Shown: positions 40,743 to 50,602 of the stretch, one piece after another
How positions within the stretch are numbered: position 1 is the stretch's first letter
How the letters are laid out: each line of letters opens with the position of its first letter
Assembly: GCA_047601445.1 (NCBI GenBank)
Contig: JASGJH010000001.1
Span: 3,200,001 to 3,264,000, forward strand
Direction of reading: 5' to 3'
Source of the DNA: Myxococcales bacterium
GTDB taxonomy: Bacteria; Myxococcota_A; Polyangia; Polyangiales; DASUME01
Length of the DNA: 64,000 nt
Made by a program: the position numbers and the translations under genes
Notes under the pieces: generated by a model
The model's input: the letters and a program-made list of their open reading frames with translations, nothing else
What the model was told of the DNA's origin: nothing
Database searches by the model: none

Positions 40743-40816
40743 GCGCCCGTAGCTCAGCTGGATAGAGCATCGGACTTCGAATCCGAGGGTCGTAGGTTCG
40801 AATCCTGCCGGGCGCG
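40743..40816 (+). tRNA. tRNA-Arg (TCG), CCA not encoded
   Basis: GCGCCCG/CGGGCGC acceptor, D-loop with A20 (CTGGATAG), stem TCGGA/TCCGA, loop CT-TCG-AA. Confidence 0.92.
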
Positions 40817-40837
40817 CTGGTTGTAACTCTGGTTCAC

Positions 40838-40910
<73 letters not shown>

Positions 40911-40920
40911 CTAAGCTCGA

Positions 40921-40958
40921 GAGAGGCTCCGCCTGCAGGCGGGGCCTCTTTCGTTTTT
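40921..40958 (+). terminator. Intrinsic terminator of the tRNA cluster
   Basis: gagaggctccgcc tgca ggcggggcctctt followed by tcgttttt. Confidence 0.8.
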
Positions 40959-41129
40959 GGCTCTCCTCACGCCGCGTGCATCGCGTCCGAGTGGACATCG
41001 ATCACGATCGCGGCGCGGACAAGCAAGAAACCAAGCGTCGCGGCGACCGGTGTCGCGCAAACGACGACGCCCACGGCGAGCGTGGGCGTCCTGAAGGGCA
41101 CGACGGGCCTCGCGCCGGTCCTGCCTGCC

Positions 41130-42719
41130 CTACTCCGCAGGCTCAGGGAGCGGTCCGTGCCCGTGCTCGAGCTCCGCGGGCTTGGGCTCCACCACCGCGA
41201 ACTTGGCACAGCACAGCAGCACAGCCGCGACACAGAGGTAGCTCACCGCCACCACCGGAGTCTGCGCGACCCCGATCGCCTCGCCGTGCATGAAGCCGAA
41301 GAACGTGAGCGCCGCTCCAGCCAGCGCGAAGGCAGCTGCGCGCATGAACTGGCGATCGATCACGAACACGCCGATGGCCCCGAGCACCAAGCCACCGAGG
41401 ATGGCGCCACCGCCCATGATGGAGAGCCCTTCGTAGAGCACCCCGACCTGCCCGAGCTTGTCGAGGCCGAGCGCGTGAGCACTGGTCCCGGCCGCGCCCA
41501 GGGAGTTGTCGATCTGGAGCTTGCCCCAAGCAGCCAGATGCGGCGTCAGAGCGAGCACGATGGCGGGCGCGTGGCTCTTGGGCGTCTCCTGGAAAGCCTG
41601 GGCCCCGATCAACATGCCGATGTAGAGCAGGATGGGCGAGATCGCGACCACGGGGACGAGCGAGACCATCAGCGAGATGATCCCGAACCACGAGAGCACG
41701 ATGACCATCAAGCCGGTGGCTGCCGAGTAGCCGATGCGGCCGCCCATGGCCTTCCAACCGGGATGACCGATGTACACGGCGTTGATGAAGGGATTGCCCA
41801 TCAGGCAGCCGATCAAGCTCACGACGCCGTCAGCCGTGAGCACCCGCGTGGTGGCGAAGCTATCGCCGGCGACCGCGGCGCTCTCCACGTTGTCCATGGC
41901 TTCCACCAAGTCGTAGATGCCGAAGGGGATGGCCGTGACGAGGATCACGCCCAGGAACTCGAAGCCATCGAACAGGTACCCCACCGCGGGGACCGGCACC
42001 GAGAAGCCGAAGTTGGCGACCGAGTTGGCCAAGTTCTGCAGCGTCATGCCGCCGTAGTTGAGCCCGAGGAAGGTGGAGCCCCAGGCGATCAAGGTGCCCA
42101 CCGCGATGGCCACCAGGCCCGCAGGGACGCCCTTGAAGTAGCGCACGCCCCCGAACCAGCTGGCCATGATGATGATGAAGCAGGTGATGCCGATGACCGG
42201 CGTCATGAACATCTCCATCGCCGGGCGCATGGAGATGAAGGCCACCGACACGCCGGCCAAGGTGCCGAGCAGCGCAGCGCGAGGTGTGATCTTGCGGATG
42301 ATCGGGGCGATGAAGCCGCCGACCATGAGCACGAAGCTCTGGATGAACACCCAGGTGAGGCCCGCCGACCACCCCTTGAGCGGATCGCCGGTCTTGGCCG
42401 CGATGGGCAGCATGATCACGAACACGACCACGAACATGTGCGGCACGCTGATGCCGGAGGGCAGCGCGCAGACGTCCTTGCGCCCGGTGCTCTGGGCCAG
42501 CTTGTAGGCGAGCCACGCGTAGTAGAGCGTGCTCAAGAACATCATCAGGCCGGCCGCCGGCAGGATGCGGCCGAACACGACCTCGTCCGGCATCTTCAGC
42601 ACGAACCGCAAGAGTCCCGTCAACACCAGCAGGTTGACCAGGATGTTGGTGCCAAACCCGAAGAACGCGTTCCAGTCTCCGGGGGTCCATAAAGCCGGCT
42701 TCTGTGTGGTCTCGGTCAT
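41130..42719 (-). CDS. NCS2/AzgA-like permease
   Basis: GDWNAFFG, ALPSGISVPH, NVESAAVAGD, AVYIGHPGWKAMGGRIGYS; many TM helices; downstream of a cysteine hydrolase. Confidence 0.8.
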   Translation of the reverse strand: MTETTQKPALWTPGDWNAFFGFGTNILVNLLVLTGLLRFVLKMPDEVVFGRILPAAGLMMFLSTLYYAWLAYKLAQSTGRKDVCALPSGISVPHMFVVVFVIMLPIAAKTGDPLKGWSAGLTWVFIQSFVLMVGGFIAPIIRKITPRAALLGTLAGVSVAFISMRPAMEMFMTPVIGITCFIIIMASWFGGVRYFKGVPAGLVAIAVGTLIAWGSTFLGLNYGGMTLQNLANSVANFGFSVPVPAVGYLFDGFEFLGVILVTAIPFGIYDLVEAMDNVESAAVAGDSFATTRVLTADGVVSLIGCLMGNPFINAVYIGHPGWKAMGGRIGYSAATGLMVIVLSWFGIISLMVSLVPVVAISPILLYIGMLIGAQAFQETPKSHAPAIVLALTPHLAAWGKLQIDNSLGAAGTSAHALGLDKLGQVGVLYEGLSIMGGGAILGGLVLGAIGVFVIDRQFMRAAAFALAGAALTFFGFMHGEAIGVAQTPVVAVSYLCVAAVLLCCAKFAVVEPKPAELEHGHGPLPEPAE

Positions 42720-42834
42720 CGCTTCGCTCCCTCCTCCGCCAAACGTGCTCGCGGGTGCTTCACCCACTTCAATCCGACGCTCGCGGGCGCCACGCCCGCT
42801 TCGACTTTCGCTCGAGCAAGAGACTGCTCGACCC

Positions 42835-43503
42835 TCACAGCAGCGCTGCTAGGATTCGCGCCGAGTCGGAGACCCAGCCGAAGATGCCTCCCTGGGCCTT
42901 GATCATGCGCAGCCCCATCTCGTGGAACTCGGGGAAATAGGAGCCGCAGCAGTCGCCGGGGACGATGCAGCGGTAGCCGCGATCGTTGGCCTCGCGCACG
43001 GTGGTGTGGACGCAAACCTCAGTGGTCACGCCGCACACGATCAGGCTCTCGATGCCCTTGTGCTGCAGCATTGCGCCCAAGTCCGTGGCGTAGAACGCGC
43101 CCTTCCCGGGCTTGTCCACGACGGGCTCGTCAGGCAGCGGATAGAGCTCGGGCACGATGTCGTGGCCAGGCTCGCCGCGGATCAAGATGCGTCCCATGGG
43201 GCCCTGTGCGCCGATGCGCATGCTGGGGGCGCCGCGCTCGACCTTGGCGCGCGGTGCGTCACTGAGGTCGGGCCGATGGCCCTCGCGGGTGTGGATGACC
43301 AGCATTCCGAGCTGGCGTGCGCCTGCCAGGAGACGCTTGAGCGGCTCGACCGGCTTCTGCAGCAGCGACACGTCGTTGCCCAGGGATTCACCGAAGCCGC
43401 CCGGCTCCAGGAAGTCCCGCTGCATATCGATGACGATCAGCGCCGTGCGTGTGGGGTCGATGCTGATGGGTTCGGGTTCGGCGTGGACGGTCGCTAGCGG
43501 CAT
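42835..43503 (-). CDS. Isochorismatase-family cysteine hydrolase, triuret hydrolase (TrtA)-like
   Basis: D-K-C triad (IDMQRDF, DKPGKG, TTEVCV); GGFG..LGND, SYFPEFH and AQGGIFGW resemble TrtA more than BiuH (from recollection). Confidence 0.75.
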   Translation of the reverse strand: MPLATVHAEPEPISIDPTRTALIVIDMQRDFLEPGGFGESLGNDVSLLQKPVEPLKRLLAGARQLGMLVIHTREGHRPDLSDAPRAKVERGAPSMRIGAQGPMGRILIRGEPGHDIVPELYPLPDEPVVDKPGKGAFYATDLGAMLQHKGIESLIVCGVTTEVCVHTTVREANDRGYRCIVPGDCCGSYFPEFHEMGLRMIKAQGGIFGWVSDSARILAALL

Positions 43504-43710
43504 GGTCCTCTCGCACCTTTCACCTTGCGATTACCGAGGAGCCGTTTCCGCGCCGTGTTGGGGCCGTGCAGATCCGGTAAATTGGAGCCTCGTTCGAGGC
43601 TATGGTTGGGTACGAGCTCGAGCCGCTGGCGGGCCGCGAGTAACGGCACTGTTTCGCGATTTGTTCTCGCCGATTGACGGTCCCCAGTTTGGGCACGAAA
43701 CTTGGCGCCC

Positions 43711-44328
43711 ATGGCCGCCCCAGAACCCCCGCCCACTCTCTCACGCCGTCGGCTGCTCAAGAGCGGGTTGTGGGGCGGGGCACTGATCGCGCTGTCGGGG
43801 GTCGGGCTATCCCTTCAGAAGACGCGACGGCCGGCCAAGACACCCGAGCATCTCTCGGTGCTCAGCCGCGACGAGTACGCCGTGCTGGTCGCCATCGCCG
43901 ATACCCTGTGTCCACGTCGCAGCGCGACCATCCCGTCGGCCTCGGAGCTCGGGATCCCGGAACAAGTCGACGCCATGTTCGCCACCGCGGACGCCGATCA
44001 GCGCGAAGGCTTCAAGCTGGCCTTGCGGGTGGTGGAGAGTCCGGTCGGTGGAGCCCTCTTCGGGGAGCGCGTGGTGCCCTTCAGCCAGCTAGATGAAGCG
44101 GGTCGCGGACGTGCGCTGCGCGCGTTGCGGGACTCACGCCTGGGCGTCCGGCGCACCATCTACACCGGCATCAGCTCGCTGATCATGGCGCACTACTGGG
44201 GCAACCCGCGCAGCTGGGCACGCATCGGCTACGCGGATCCGAACGTGCAGGGACTCCGCGACATGTACCGCGACAACTTGGTGGACCTCTCGAGTCTGCG
44301 CGGCCCCACACCGGGCAAAGGAAGCTGA
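43711..44328 (+). CDS. Gluconate 2-dehydrogenase subunit 3-like protein with Tat signal
   Basis: LSRRRLLK twin-arginine signal; PSASELG, FSQLD, W..IGY. Confidence 0.8.
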   Translation: MAAPEPPPTLSRRRLLKSGLWGGALIALSGVGLSLQKTRRPAKTPEHLSVLSRDEYAVLVAIADTLCPRRSATIPSASELGIPEQVDAMFATADADQREGFKLALRVVESPVGGALFGERVVPFSQLDEAGRGRALRALRDSRLGVRRTIYTGISSLIMAHYWGNPRSWARIGYADPNVQGLRDMYRDNLVDLSSLRGPTPGKGS

Positions 44329-44329
44329 G

Positions 44330-45874
44330 ATGGCTGTCTTCATCGGATCCGACCTGCACGCTGATCAGGAACTCGAGTGCGACGTGTGCGTGGTGGGCTC
44401 GGGCGCGGGCGGTGCCCACGTGGCGCAGCGCCTGGCCACCAAGGGCAAGCGCGTGGTGGTGCTCGAGGAGGGCGGCTTCCACACCAGCGACAAGTTCGAC
44501 ATGACCGAGCGCAACATGGTGCCTCGGCTGTACCAGGAGGCCGGCGGACGCGGCACGGCGGACCGCAGCATTCAGGTCGTGCAAGGGCGCGCCGTGGGCG
44601 GCACCACAGTGATCAACTGGACCACCTGCTTTCGCACGCCGAAGCGCGTGATGGAGGTCTGGCAGGAACACCACGGTGTGGAAGGCCTCACCTACGAGAG
44701 CCTGGTGCCGCACTGGGAGATCGTGGAGAAGCGGCTCAACGTCGTGAAGATGACGCTCGAGCAGGTGAACAAGAACAACATGGTCACGTGGAACGGCGCG
44801 CACAAGCTTGGCTGGCACGTCGACCTGCTCCAGCGCAACGTGAAGCACTGTGGCCACACTGGCTACTGCGGCATGGGCTGCCCCATCGACGCCAAGCAGA
44901 GCATGCTGGTGACGATGATCCCGGAGGCCGTGCGCGCCGGCGCCGACGTGTATGCCAACGCGTGGGTCGAGCGCATCGAGCGCGATGGGCGTAAGTGCAC
45001 CAAGGTGATCGCACGGCTGCGCGTGCCCGAGACCGATCAACCGAGCGGCGTCACACTGACGGTCAAAGCCAAGGTCGTGGTGCTCGCGGGCGGCGGCATC
45101 AACACCCCCGCTCTGCTGCTGCGCTCCAAGGTCGACGCCAACGGTCGCACGGGGATGCGCACCTTCCTGCATCCGGCGGTCGGTGCGGTGGGTGTGCACC
45201 AGGAACGCATCGATCCCTTCGTGGGCTCGCCGCAGTACGTGCACTCGGAGCAGTTCGTGGAGCGCGGAGCCGACAAGATCGGCATGCTGATCGAGGGCGC
45301 TCCGATCTTCCCGATGAGCTTCGGAAGCTTCGTGCCGAGCTTCGGTGACGAGAAGCAGGCGTTGATGGAGCTGATGCCGCACCTGTCGCTGACCGGCGTG
45401 ATGCTGCACGACGGCTTCGACCATCCGGACCGCAACGAGGGCGGCCACGTCACGCTGACCCCGACCGGCAAGCCACGCCTCGACTATCGCTGGACTTCTC
45501 GGCTGGAAGAGGGCTTCAAGGCGGCCTCCGACGCGGCCATGCGCATTCAGCTCGCGGGCGGCGCCAAGCAGGTCATCTCACCTCACCCGCGCTACGCCCG
45601 CAGCGAGGAGGAGATCACCCGGGTGCTGGCGGACGCTCCGTTCGGAGCTTGCACCTTGCCCGTGTTCTCGGCGCACGTGATGGGTGGCTGCGCCATGGGC
45701 ACCAACGAGCGCTGGAGCGTGGTGGACTCGCGCACCCTGCGTCATCACGGCTTCGACAACCTGTTCGTGATCGACGGCTCGGTCTACCCGACCTCGCTCA
45801 CCGTGAACCCGCAGCTCTCCATCTACGGACTCGCCTCCTGGGCGAGCCAGTTCGTCTTGCAGGCGGTCGCATGA
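44330..45874 (+). CDS. GMC family oxidoreductase
   Basis: VVGSGAGG, GGTTVIN, CGHTGYCGMGCP, AHVMGGC, DGSVYPTS..VNPQLSI. Confidence 0.92.
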   Translation: MAVFIGSDLHADQELECDVCVVGSGAGGAHVAQRLATKGKRVVVLEEGGFHTSDKFDMTERNMVPRLYQEAGGRGTADRSIQVVQGRAVGGTTVINWTTCFRTPKRVMEVWQEHHGVEGLTYESLVPHWEIVEKRLNVVKMTLEQVNKNNMVTWNGAHKLGWHVDLLQRNVKHCGHTGYCGMGCPIDAKQSMLVTMIPEAVRAGADVYANAWVERIERDGRKCTKVIARLRVPETDQPSGVTLTVKAKVVVLAGGGINTPALLLRSKVDANGRTGMRTFLHPAVGAVGVHQERIDPFVGSPQYVHSEQFVERGADKIGMLIEGAPIFPMSFGSFVPSFGDEKQALMELMPHLSLTGVMLHDGFDHPDRNEGGHVTLTPTGKPRLDYRWTSRLEEGFKAASDAAMRIQLAGGAKQVISPHPRYARSEEEITRVLADAPFGACTLPVFSAHVMGGCAMGTNERWSVVDSRTLRHHGFDNLFVIDGSVYPTSLTVNPQLSIYGLASWASQFVLQAVA

Positions 45875-46257
45875 AACTCAGGGCGTATTCTTTGGCGTGC
45901 GTGCTGCTCGCCCTCGCGGGCTGCGGACGCGAACGCGGTGCCGATCAATGGCCGATGTCGCGCGCCGAGCTCGAAGGCAAGGCCCCGGGCTCCAGCGCCA
46001 ACGCCGCGGAGGCCACCTACCGCCAGTACTGCATCGGCTGCCACGGCGCCGACGGACGCGGCAATGGTGGAACCACGGGTGCGGACTTCACCGGGCCCAA
46101 CAGTCCCCTGCGCTCACGTTCGGACGCGGAGCTCGCGAGCTCCGTGCGAGACGGCAAGCGCGGCGCCGCAGCCACGATGCCCGCCCACTCCCCGGTCCTC
46201 AGCGACGCCCAGATTGCGGCGGTGATCGGCTACCTGCGAGGGCGGTTCAAGGATTGA
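45871..46257 (+). CDS. Monoheme c-type cytochrome lipoprotein
   Basis: Lipobox LALAGC, CIGCH, distal MPA; ATGA overlap with the GMC gene. Confidence 0.88.
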   Translation: MKLRAYSLACVLLALAGCGRERGADQWPMSRAELEGKAPGSSANAAEATYRQYCIGCHGADGRGNGGTTGADFTGPNSPLRSRSDAELASSVRDGKRGAAATMPAHSPVLSDAQIAAVIGYLRGRFKD

Positions 46258-46290
46258 GGGCGACTCGTCCGGTTCGGCTGGTTGGGGGAT

Positions 46291-46451
46291 CGAGGACGAG
46301 GACGAACACGAGGACGCGTACGCACGGGACTACGCGGACGGTGATGAGGACCTAGACGTGCACGGGCGGGGCGGCGGACTCGCCACAAGCGCCCTCGTAG
46401 CCGTGTTCTTCCTCGTAGTCGTGTTCGTCGTCGTGCGCGTGCGCGTCCTCG
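46291..46451. repeat. Low-complexity palindromic intergenic element (ACG/CGT hexamer-periodic)
   Basis: gacgaacacga (46301) is complementary to tcgtgttcgtc (46419); cgaggacgcg and cgcgtcctcg also pair; between convergent genes. Confidence 0.55.
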
Positions 46452-46518
46452 CACACACGCCTTCACCCGCAGAAGCCGTCCTTGGGGCGGCTCCCTCAAC
46501 TCCTGCCGGCCGCTGGAC

Positions 46519-46728
46519 TCAGCTGGCCTGGAGGATGGGCAGACGCGTCGCGCGGGACCCCTCGGCGCGCTCGTCGGCGCCCAGGATGTTGGCGATCTCG
46601 GGGCGGCAGCCGCCGCAGCCCGTGCCGGCTCCGCAGGCTCGGCCTACTTCGGAAACGCTGCACGCTCCGGCCTGGGCGCACTGGCGGATCTCTCGGTCGG
46701 ACACGTAATGGCAGTGGCAGACAATCAT
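46519..46728 (-). CDS. bfd: Bacterioferritin-associated ferredoxin (2Fe-2S)
   Basis: MIVCHC...GAGTGCGGC. Confidence 0.85.
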   Translation of the reverse strand: MIVCHCHYVSDREIRQCAQAGACSVSEVGRACGAGTGCGGCRPEIANILGADERAEGSRATRLPILQAS

Positions 46729-46767
46729 TGGTACGGCTCTCTGATACCGAGTCTGGATCAGGGCTTT

Positions 46768-46782
46768 TGAAAATCAATATCA
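46768..46782. promoter_or_regulatory. Fur box upstream of bfd
   Basis: TGATATT-G-ATTTTCA matches the 7-1-7 consensus TGATAAT-N-ATTATCA at 12/14; 40 nt upstream of the start. Confidence 0.7.
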
Positions 46783-46956
46783 AGGTTGCGAGACAGGCCG
46801 AGCCCCTCCCCGGAGCCCTCATGGTTCCGCGGGGTTAGCGAATCGGAAAAAAACGCGTGCCTCGCACGAAAAACGCGTTTTCAGGAGCGGAGCGGGGGCT
46901 GGACCACAAGCGCGGGGAGAAGGTGCGCTAGGCGGCCGCCACGGAACGACCGGAGC

Positions 46957-47337
46957 TCAGGGGCTCGCGTTGACTATCAATTTCACTTCGCCCGAGGGTG
47001 GGATCATCACGCTCTTGGGTTTGGGGGCGGGCTTGTCGGCCTGACTGACCTCGACGCTGTACATGCCCCCGGGCACACCCTTGATCTCGCAGTGGCCCTT
47101 GGAGGTGGTGCAGCGGAACTTGGCATCGCCCTTCTTGAGCTCGACCGTGCCCTCCGCGCTGGCGCCGTCGGCGGTCTTGAGATCGACGATCACGGTGGCT
47201 TCGGCGAGGGCGCTACTCGCCAGCCCACACCAGACGACCAAGCCCACCAGCGCGGCACGCAGGCGGCGGCCGTGGGACTCGGCTGTCGAAGCGGGCGGTT
47301 CCGCCCGCGAGCAAAACGAGGTTTTCGGGGCGAGTGA
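46957..47337 (-). CDS. Secreted prealbumin/carboxypeptidase-regulatory-like small protein (start uncertain)
   Basis: Signal-like LVGLVVWCGLASSALA followed by a beta-rich domain with GVPGGMYSVEV. Confidence 0.6.
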   Translation of the reverse strand, partial: SLAPKTSFCSRAEPPASTAESHGRRLRAALVGLVVWCGLASSALAEATVIVDLKTADGASAEGTVELKKGDAKFRCTTSKGHCEIKGVPGGMYSVEVSQADKPAPKPKSVMIPPSGEVKLIVNASP

Positions 47338-47484
47338 CACGTCGGTACTCCGGAGCGCGCGGTGAGCGCGGGCAAGTGGTGAGCAAAACCTGGACGACTC
47401 GATGCCTGGATGATTCATGGTCCGCGGCGCGGGCACAAGCGTCTCGGTGATGCGCAGCACAGGAACCCGGGGGCCCGCGCCGAA

Positions 47485-48654
47485 CTAGTCAGCGCGACAC
47501 AAGAACACCTTGAGATAGTCCCCTTCCGGGAAGGCCAGGAGGCGCGGGTGATCGAAGGGTGCCGCTGACTGCTCGAGTACGCTGAGGATGCGCTTTGCGC
47601 GCCTGGCTCCTTCACGCAGGCTATCCAGGAAGTCGCTCGCCCTCACATGGCTCGAACACGAGGCCGCCAGGTAGAGGCCGCCCTCCCGCACCAGGCGCAG
47701 ACAGCCTGCGTGCAAGCTGGCGTAGGTTTCGAGCGCCGTTTCGAGCTTGCCCTGACTCGGAGCGAAGTTCGGGGGATCGGCGATCACCAGGTCGAAGGCC
47801 TCACCGCGCTCGACGGCGGCCGACACGAATGCCTCCACGTCTTCCGCCACCGGGGTGTGCGTGCTCGCGTCGAGGCCGTTGGCCGTGTAGGTGCGCGCCG
47901 CGAGCTCGATGGCCGGCTTGGCCAAGTCCACCGTGGTGACATGCGAGGCGCCGCCGAGGCCCGCCGCCACCGAGAAGCCGCCCGTGTAACCGTAGAGGTT
48001 CACCACCCGAAGGCCGCGAGAAAGACCCCGCACCCGCGCGCGGGACTCGCGGTGATCGAGAAAGAGCCCGGTCTTTTGGCCCTCCCACGGGTTCACGATC
48101 AAGCGCATGCCGCGTTCGAGCACCTCGAGTTCCCGCGGCAGCTCGTCGCCGAAGAACATCTGGGCCTCGAGCCCTTGCTTGCGCGAACTGCGCAGGAGCG
48201 CGCCGCGAATGCCGAGCGCGGCGAGCGGCTCGCGCAGGGCCTCGGCCAGCGCGTCTCGGTGGGCCCAGATGCCCTCCCCGTCCAGCTTGACCACCGCGTA
48301 CGAACCGTAGCGATCGCACACGACCCCGGGCAGGCGGTCGCCTTCACCGTGGATCAAGCGATAGGCCGTGGTGTCCGCGGGGAGCGCCTGCGCGCGCAGC
48401 GAGAGGGCCTGCTCCACGCGTGCGCGAAACAGCTCACTCCCGACCCGCTCGGCGTTGCGGGTGGTGAAGATGCGGACGGCGATGGGGCCGCTGTCCACGA
48501 TTCCGCGTCCGAGCAGGCGCCCACGTTTGTCGAAGATGTCCACGAGCTCCCCTGGCGGAGCCTCGAAGGGCGAGAGGGCGTCGCGATAGAGCCACGGATG
48601 GCCTGCGAGGATGGTTCGCTCGAGTGGACGAATGAGTCGGACGGCGCGCGGCAC
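47485..48654 (-). CDS. rlmI: RlmI-like class I SAM-dependent rRNA methyltransferase
   Basis: GHPWLY (PUA), GEGDRLPG, GQKTGLFLDHR, YTGGFS, DPPNF, SCS, EGDYLK. Confidence 0.85.
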   Translation of the reverse strand: MPRAVRLIRPLERTILAGHPWLYRDALSPFEAPPGELVDIFDKRGRLLGRGIVDSGPIAVRIFTTRNAERVGSELFRARVEQALSLRAQALPADTTAYRLIHGEGDRLPGVVCDRYGSYAVVKLDGEGIWAHRDALAEALREPLAALGIRGALLRSSRKQGLEAQMFFGDELPRELEVLERGMRLIVNPWEGQKTGLFLDHRESRARVRGLSRGLRVVNLYGYTGGFSVAAGLGGASHVTTVDLAKPAIELAARTYTANGLDASTHTPVAEDVEAFVSAAVERGEAFDLVIADPPNFAPSQGKLETALETYASLHAGCLRLVREGGLYLAASCSSHVRASDFLDSLREGARRAKRILSVLEQSAAPFDHPRLLAFPEGDYLKVFLCRAD

Positions 48655-48710
48655 GGGACGCTACCGTAGCGGAAAACCGCAGCTGGGCTCGCAAGGGGCT
48701 CGAATCAACC

Positions 48711-48793
48711 CGTGAGCGCAGCGAACCTCGCAGTGGGGTGGGACCCGGCGCAGTGAGCGAAAGCGAACCTCGCGGTGGGGAGGGCCCCCCGCG
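48711..48793. repeat. REP-like element, two tandem copies
   Basis: cgtgagcgcagcgaacctcgcagtggggtgggacccggcgcag followed by gtgagcgaaagcgaacctcgcggtggggagggccccccgcg; third copy at 60958. Confidence 0.8.
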
Positions 48794-48802
48794 AAACAAG
48801 AA

Positions 48803-49441
48803 CTAGCTCGCGAGGGCGGGCATCTGTACCTGCTCGAGTACCTGGGCGCCGCGTTCGGTGCACAGGCCGCGCACCACCGTGCGGATCACGGAGTCGCAGA
48901 GCTCTGCCGCGGTGGCGTCGTGGGTGGGCGCGCCGAGCAGCAGCACCGCCGTGGTGCCGTGTACGGTGGTCCACAAAGTCTGCTGGGCGAGCTGTGGGTC
49001 CTGGGCGCGCAACAACCCCTGTTCGATGCCGTCTACCAGCGGTGAGAGGGTGGCCTCGAAGAGGCGATTGACCATCGCCGTCTCGGCAGGGCTGCGCAGC
49101 GTGCCCGCGTCGGTGCGCGGGAGGAACATGGTGCGGAAGATCTTGGCGTTGCCGCGAGCGTGGTGGACGTAGGCCCAGCACACCGAGCACACACGGGTAA
49201 TGGGATCGCCATCGCGATGCTGGGCGAAGATTTGCGAGAGAGCCTCGAACTCGTTCTCGAGTACGGCCTGTAGGAGATCACCCTTGTTGTCGACATAGGC
49301 GTAGAGTGCCGCCGCGGTGACGTCCAAACGTGAGGCTAGCCTGCGCAGCGATAGGCCGCTCGGGCCTTCACTCGACAGCAGTGCGCGCGCTGCATGTACG
49401 ACCGCGGCACGGGAAAGACTCTCTCGCATGGCGAAGGGCAT
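48803..49441 (-). CDS. TetR family regulator (WHG-type C-terminus)
   Basis: LSLRRLASRLDVTAAALYAY HTH; LWTTVHG. Confidence 0.88.
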   Translation of the reverse strand: MPFAMRESLSRAAVVHAARALLSSEGPSGLSLRRLASRLDVTAAALYAYVDNKGDLLQAVLENEFEALSQIFAQHRDGDPITRVCSVCWAYVHHARGNAKIFRTMFLPRTDAGTLRSPAETAMVNRLFEATLSPLVDGIEQGLLRAQDPQLAQQTLWTTVHGTTAVLLLGAPTHDATAAELCDSVIRTVVRGLCTERGAQVLEQVQMPALAS

Positions 49442-49558
49442 CCTTCCGTGATCGCGCTTGCAAGAGCAAGCAAAAGCTTGTGCGCACATGCATTGTGGAC
49501 AGCACGGGTCTCATTCGTACATCCACGCGGTGAAAAAGCTCGGTTATCGTGAATTGGT

Positions 49559-50212
49559 TTGGACCACCGAGAACGCACCGAAGCTCCCCACGAGCCCCAC
49601 CTGAGTCCCGCGTCGAGCGCCGCGGAACGACCCTCATCGGGCGGGTACGCCTACCACGATCAGTCACGCGTCGACACGCTGCACGGCCCGGGCGCGCGTC
49701 GCGCACGTCGCCCACGAGCTCAGCAGAGCGGCGATGATGTTGCCCACGACACCGACGATGAGGCGCTGCACAGCGGCGTCCGCAGCACGCAGGACCATGA
49801 TCAGCCCGCGCCCGAGCAGGCCGCGGCAGTCGAGAAACCAGGATTTCCCTCGAGCGAGATCGAGCGCTTGGTCGCGCTTGGAGCGTGGGACCGACTCATC
49901 GAACAAATACCGCCCGACGGCACGCGTGCGCCCCTGCTCGTGCTGCTGCGAAGTATCGCGGCGCGAGAGGGCACGGCACGTGGTGCACGCGCGGACGCGA
50001 AGCTCACCTCCGACGCCATCGCGGCGCTAGCGGAGGTCCTCGGCGTCCCAGCCTCGAGTCCCATCGCGTTGATGCTCGGCAAGCGCCTGCTGCGACGCAA
50101 CCCTTGGAGCGGCACGACACAGCCGAGTCAAAAGCTCTCGTTCACGCTGATGGTGTTCGGTGTGGCAGCGGGGGCCGGCATCGGATGGTTGGTGACCCGC
50201 CTCATGCTCTGA
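49559..50212 (+). CDS. Hypothetical protein with C-terminal TM anchor (start uncertain)
   Basis: Open frame with GC3 bias; C-terminal hydrophobic helix. Confidence 0.55.
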   Translation: MDHRERTEAPHEPHLSPASSAAERPSSGGYAYHDQSRVDTLHGPGARRARRPRAQQSGDDVAHDTDDEALHSGVRSTQDHDQPAPEQAAAVEKPGFPSSEIERLVALGAWDRLIEQIPPDGTRAPLLVLLRSIAAREGTARGARADAKLTSDAIAALAEVLGVPASSPIALMLGKRLLRRNPWSGTTQPSQKLSFTLMVFGVAAGAGIGWLVTRLML

Positions 50213-50602
50213 CGCCTCCGGGTCAGCGAGTGCGGGAGTCCCCACGTCGTCGCGCTCCCGTTCCAACACCGTGATCGAATGCACATCGATTCGGGCTCCC
50301 GAAGCGCGCAGCTCCGGCTAGGCCTACATGGGTCGTGGGCCGACGAACATCGGTCGCTCCGACGTGCGCACCACGTGCAAGGTCCGGTCGGCGTTACCAT
50401 TTCAGTCAAGGGACAGGGACCGAGCTGGCCACGCGGACCCGCTCGCGCGCACACCACGAGTGGGGCTTTTTTGCACTTGGGGCCCGGGCCGCGAGCGAGT
50501 GGCGCCCAAACGGGGGCAGCGTGAAAATCGGCATTCCCAGCGCTCACTCCGCCACGTAAATTGCTCCGTGATGATGGGGACCCGCGGACGGCACACGTGC
50601 GC

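Noticed and set aside
40967..41233. 88 aa minus-strand ORF after the permease
   Set aside because: Overlaps the permease 3' end, has no motif and no clear RBS
43691..43706. Sigma54-like GGCACGAAACTTGG upstream of the Tat subunit gene
   Set aside because: The -12 GC is missing and the predicted start site would fall inside the coding sequence
43504..43710. Guanidine/ykkC-type riboswitch upstream of the cysteine hydrolase
   Set aside because: I could not identify the conserved riboswitch motifs by eye; an Rfam scan would settle it
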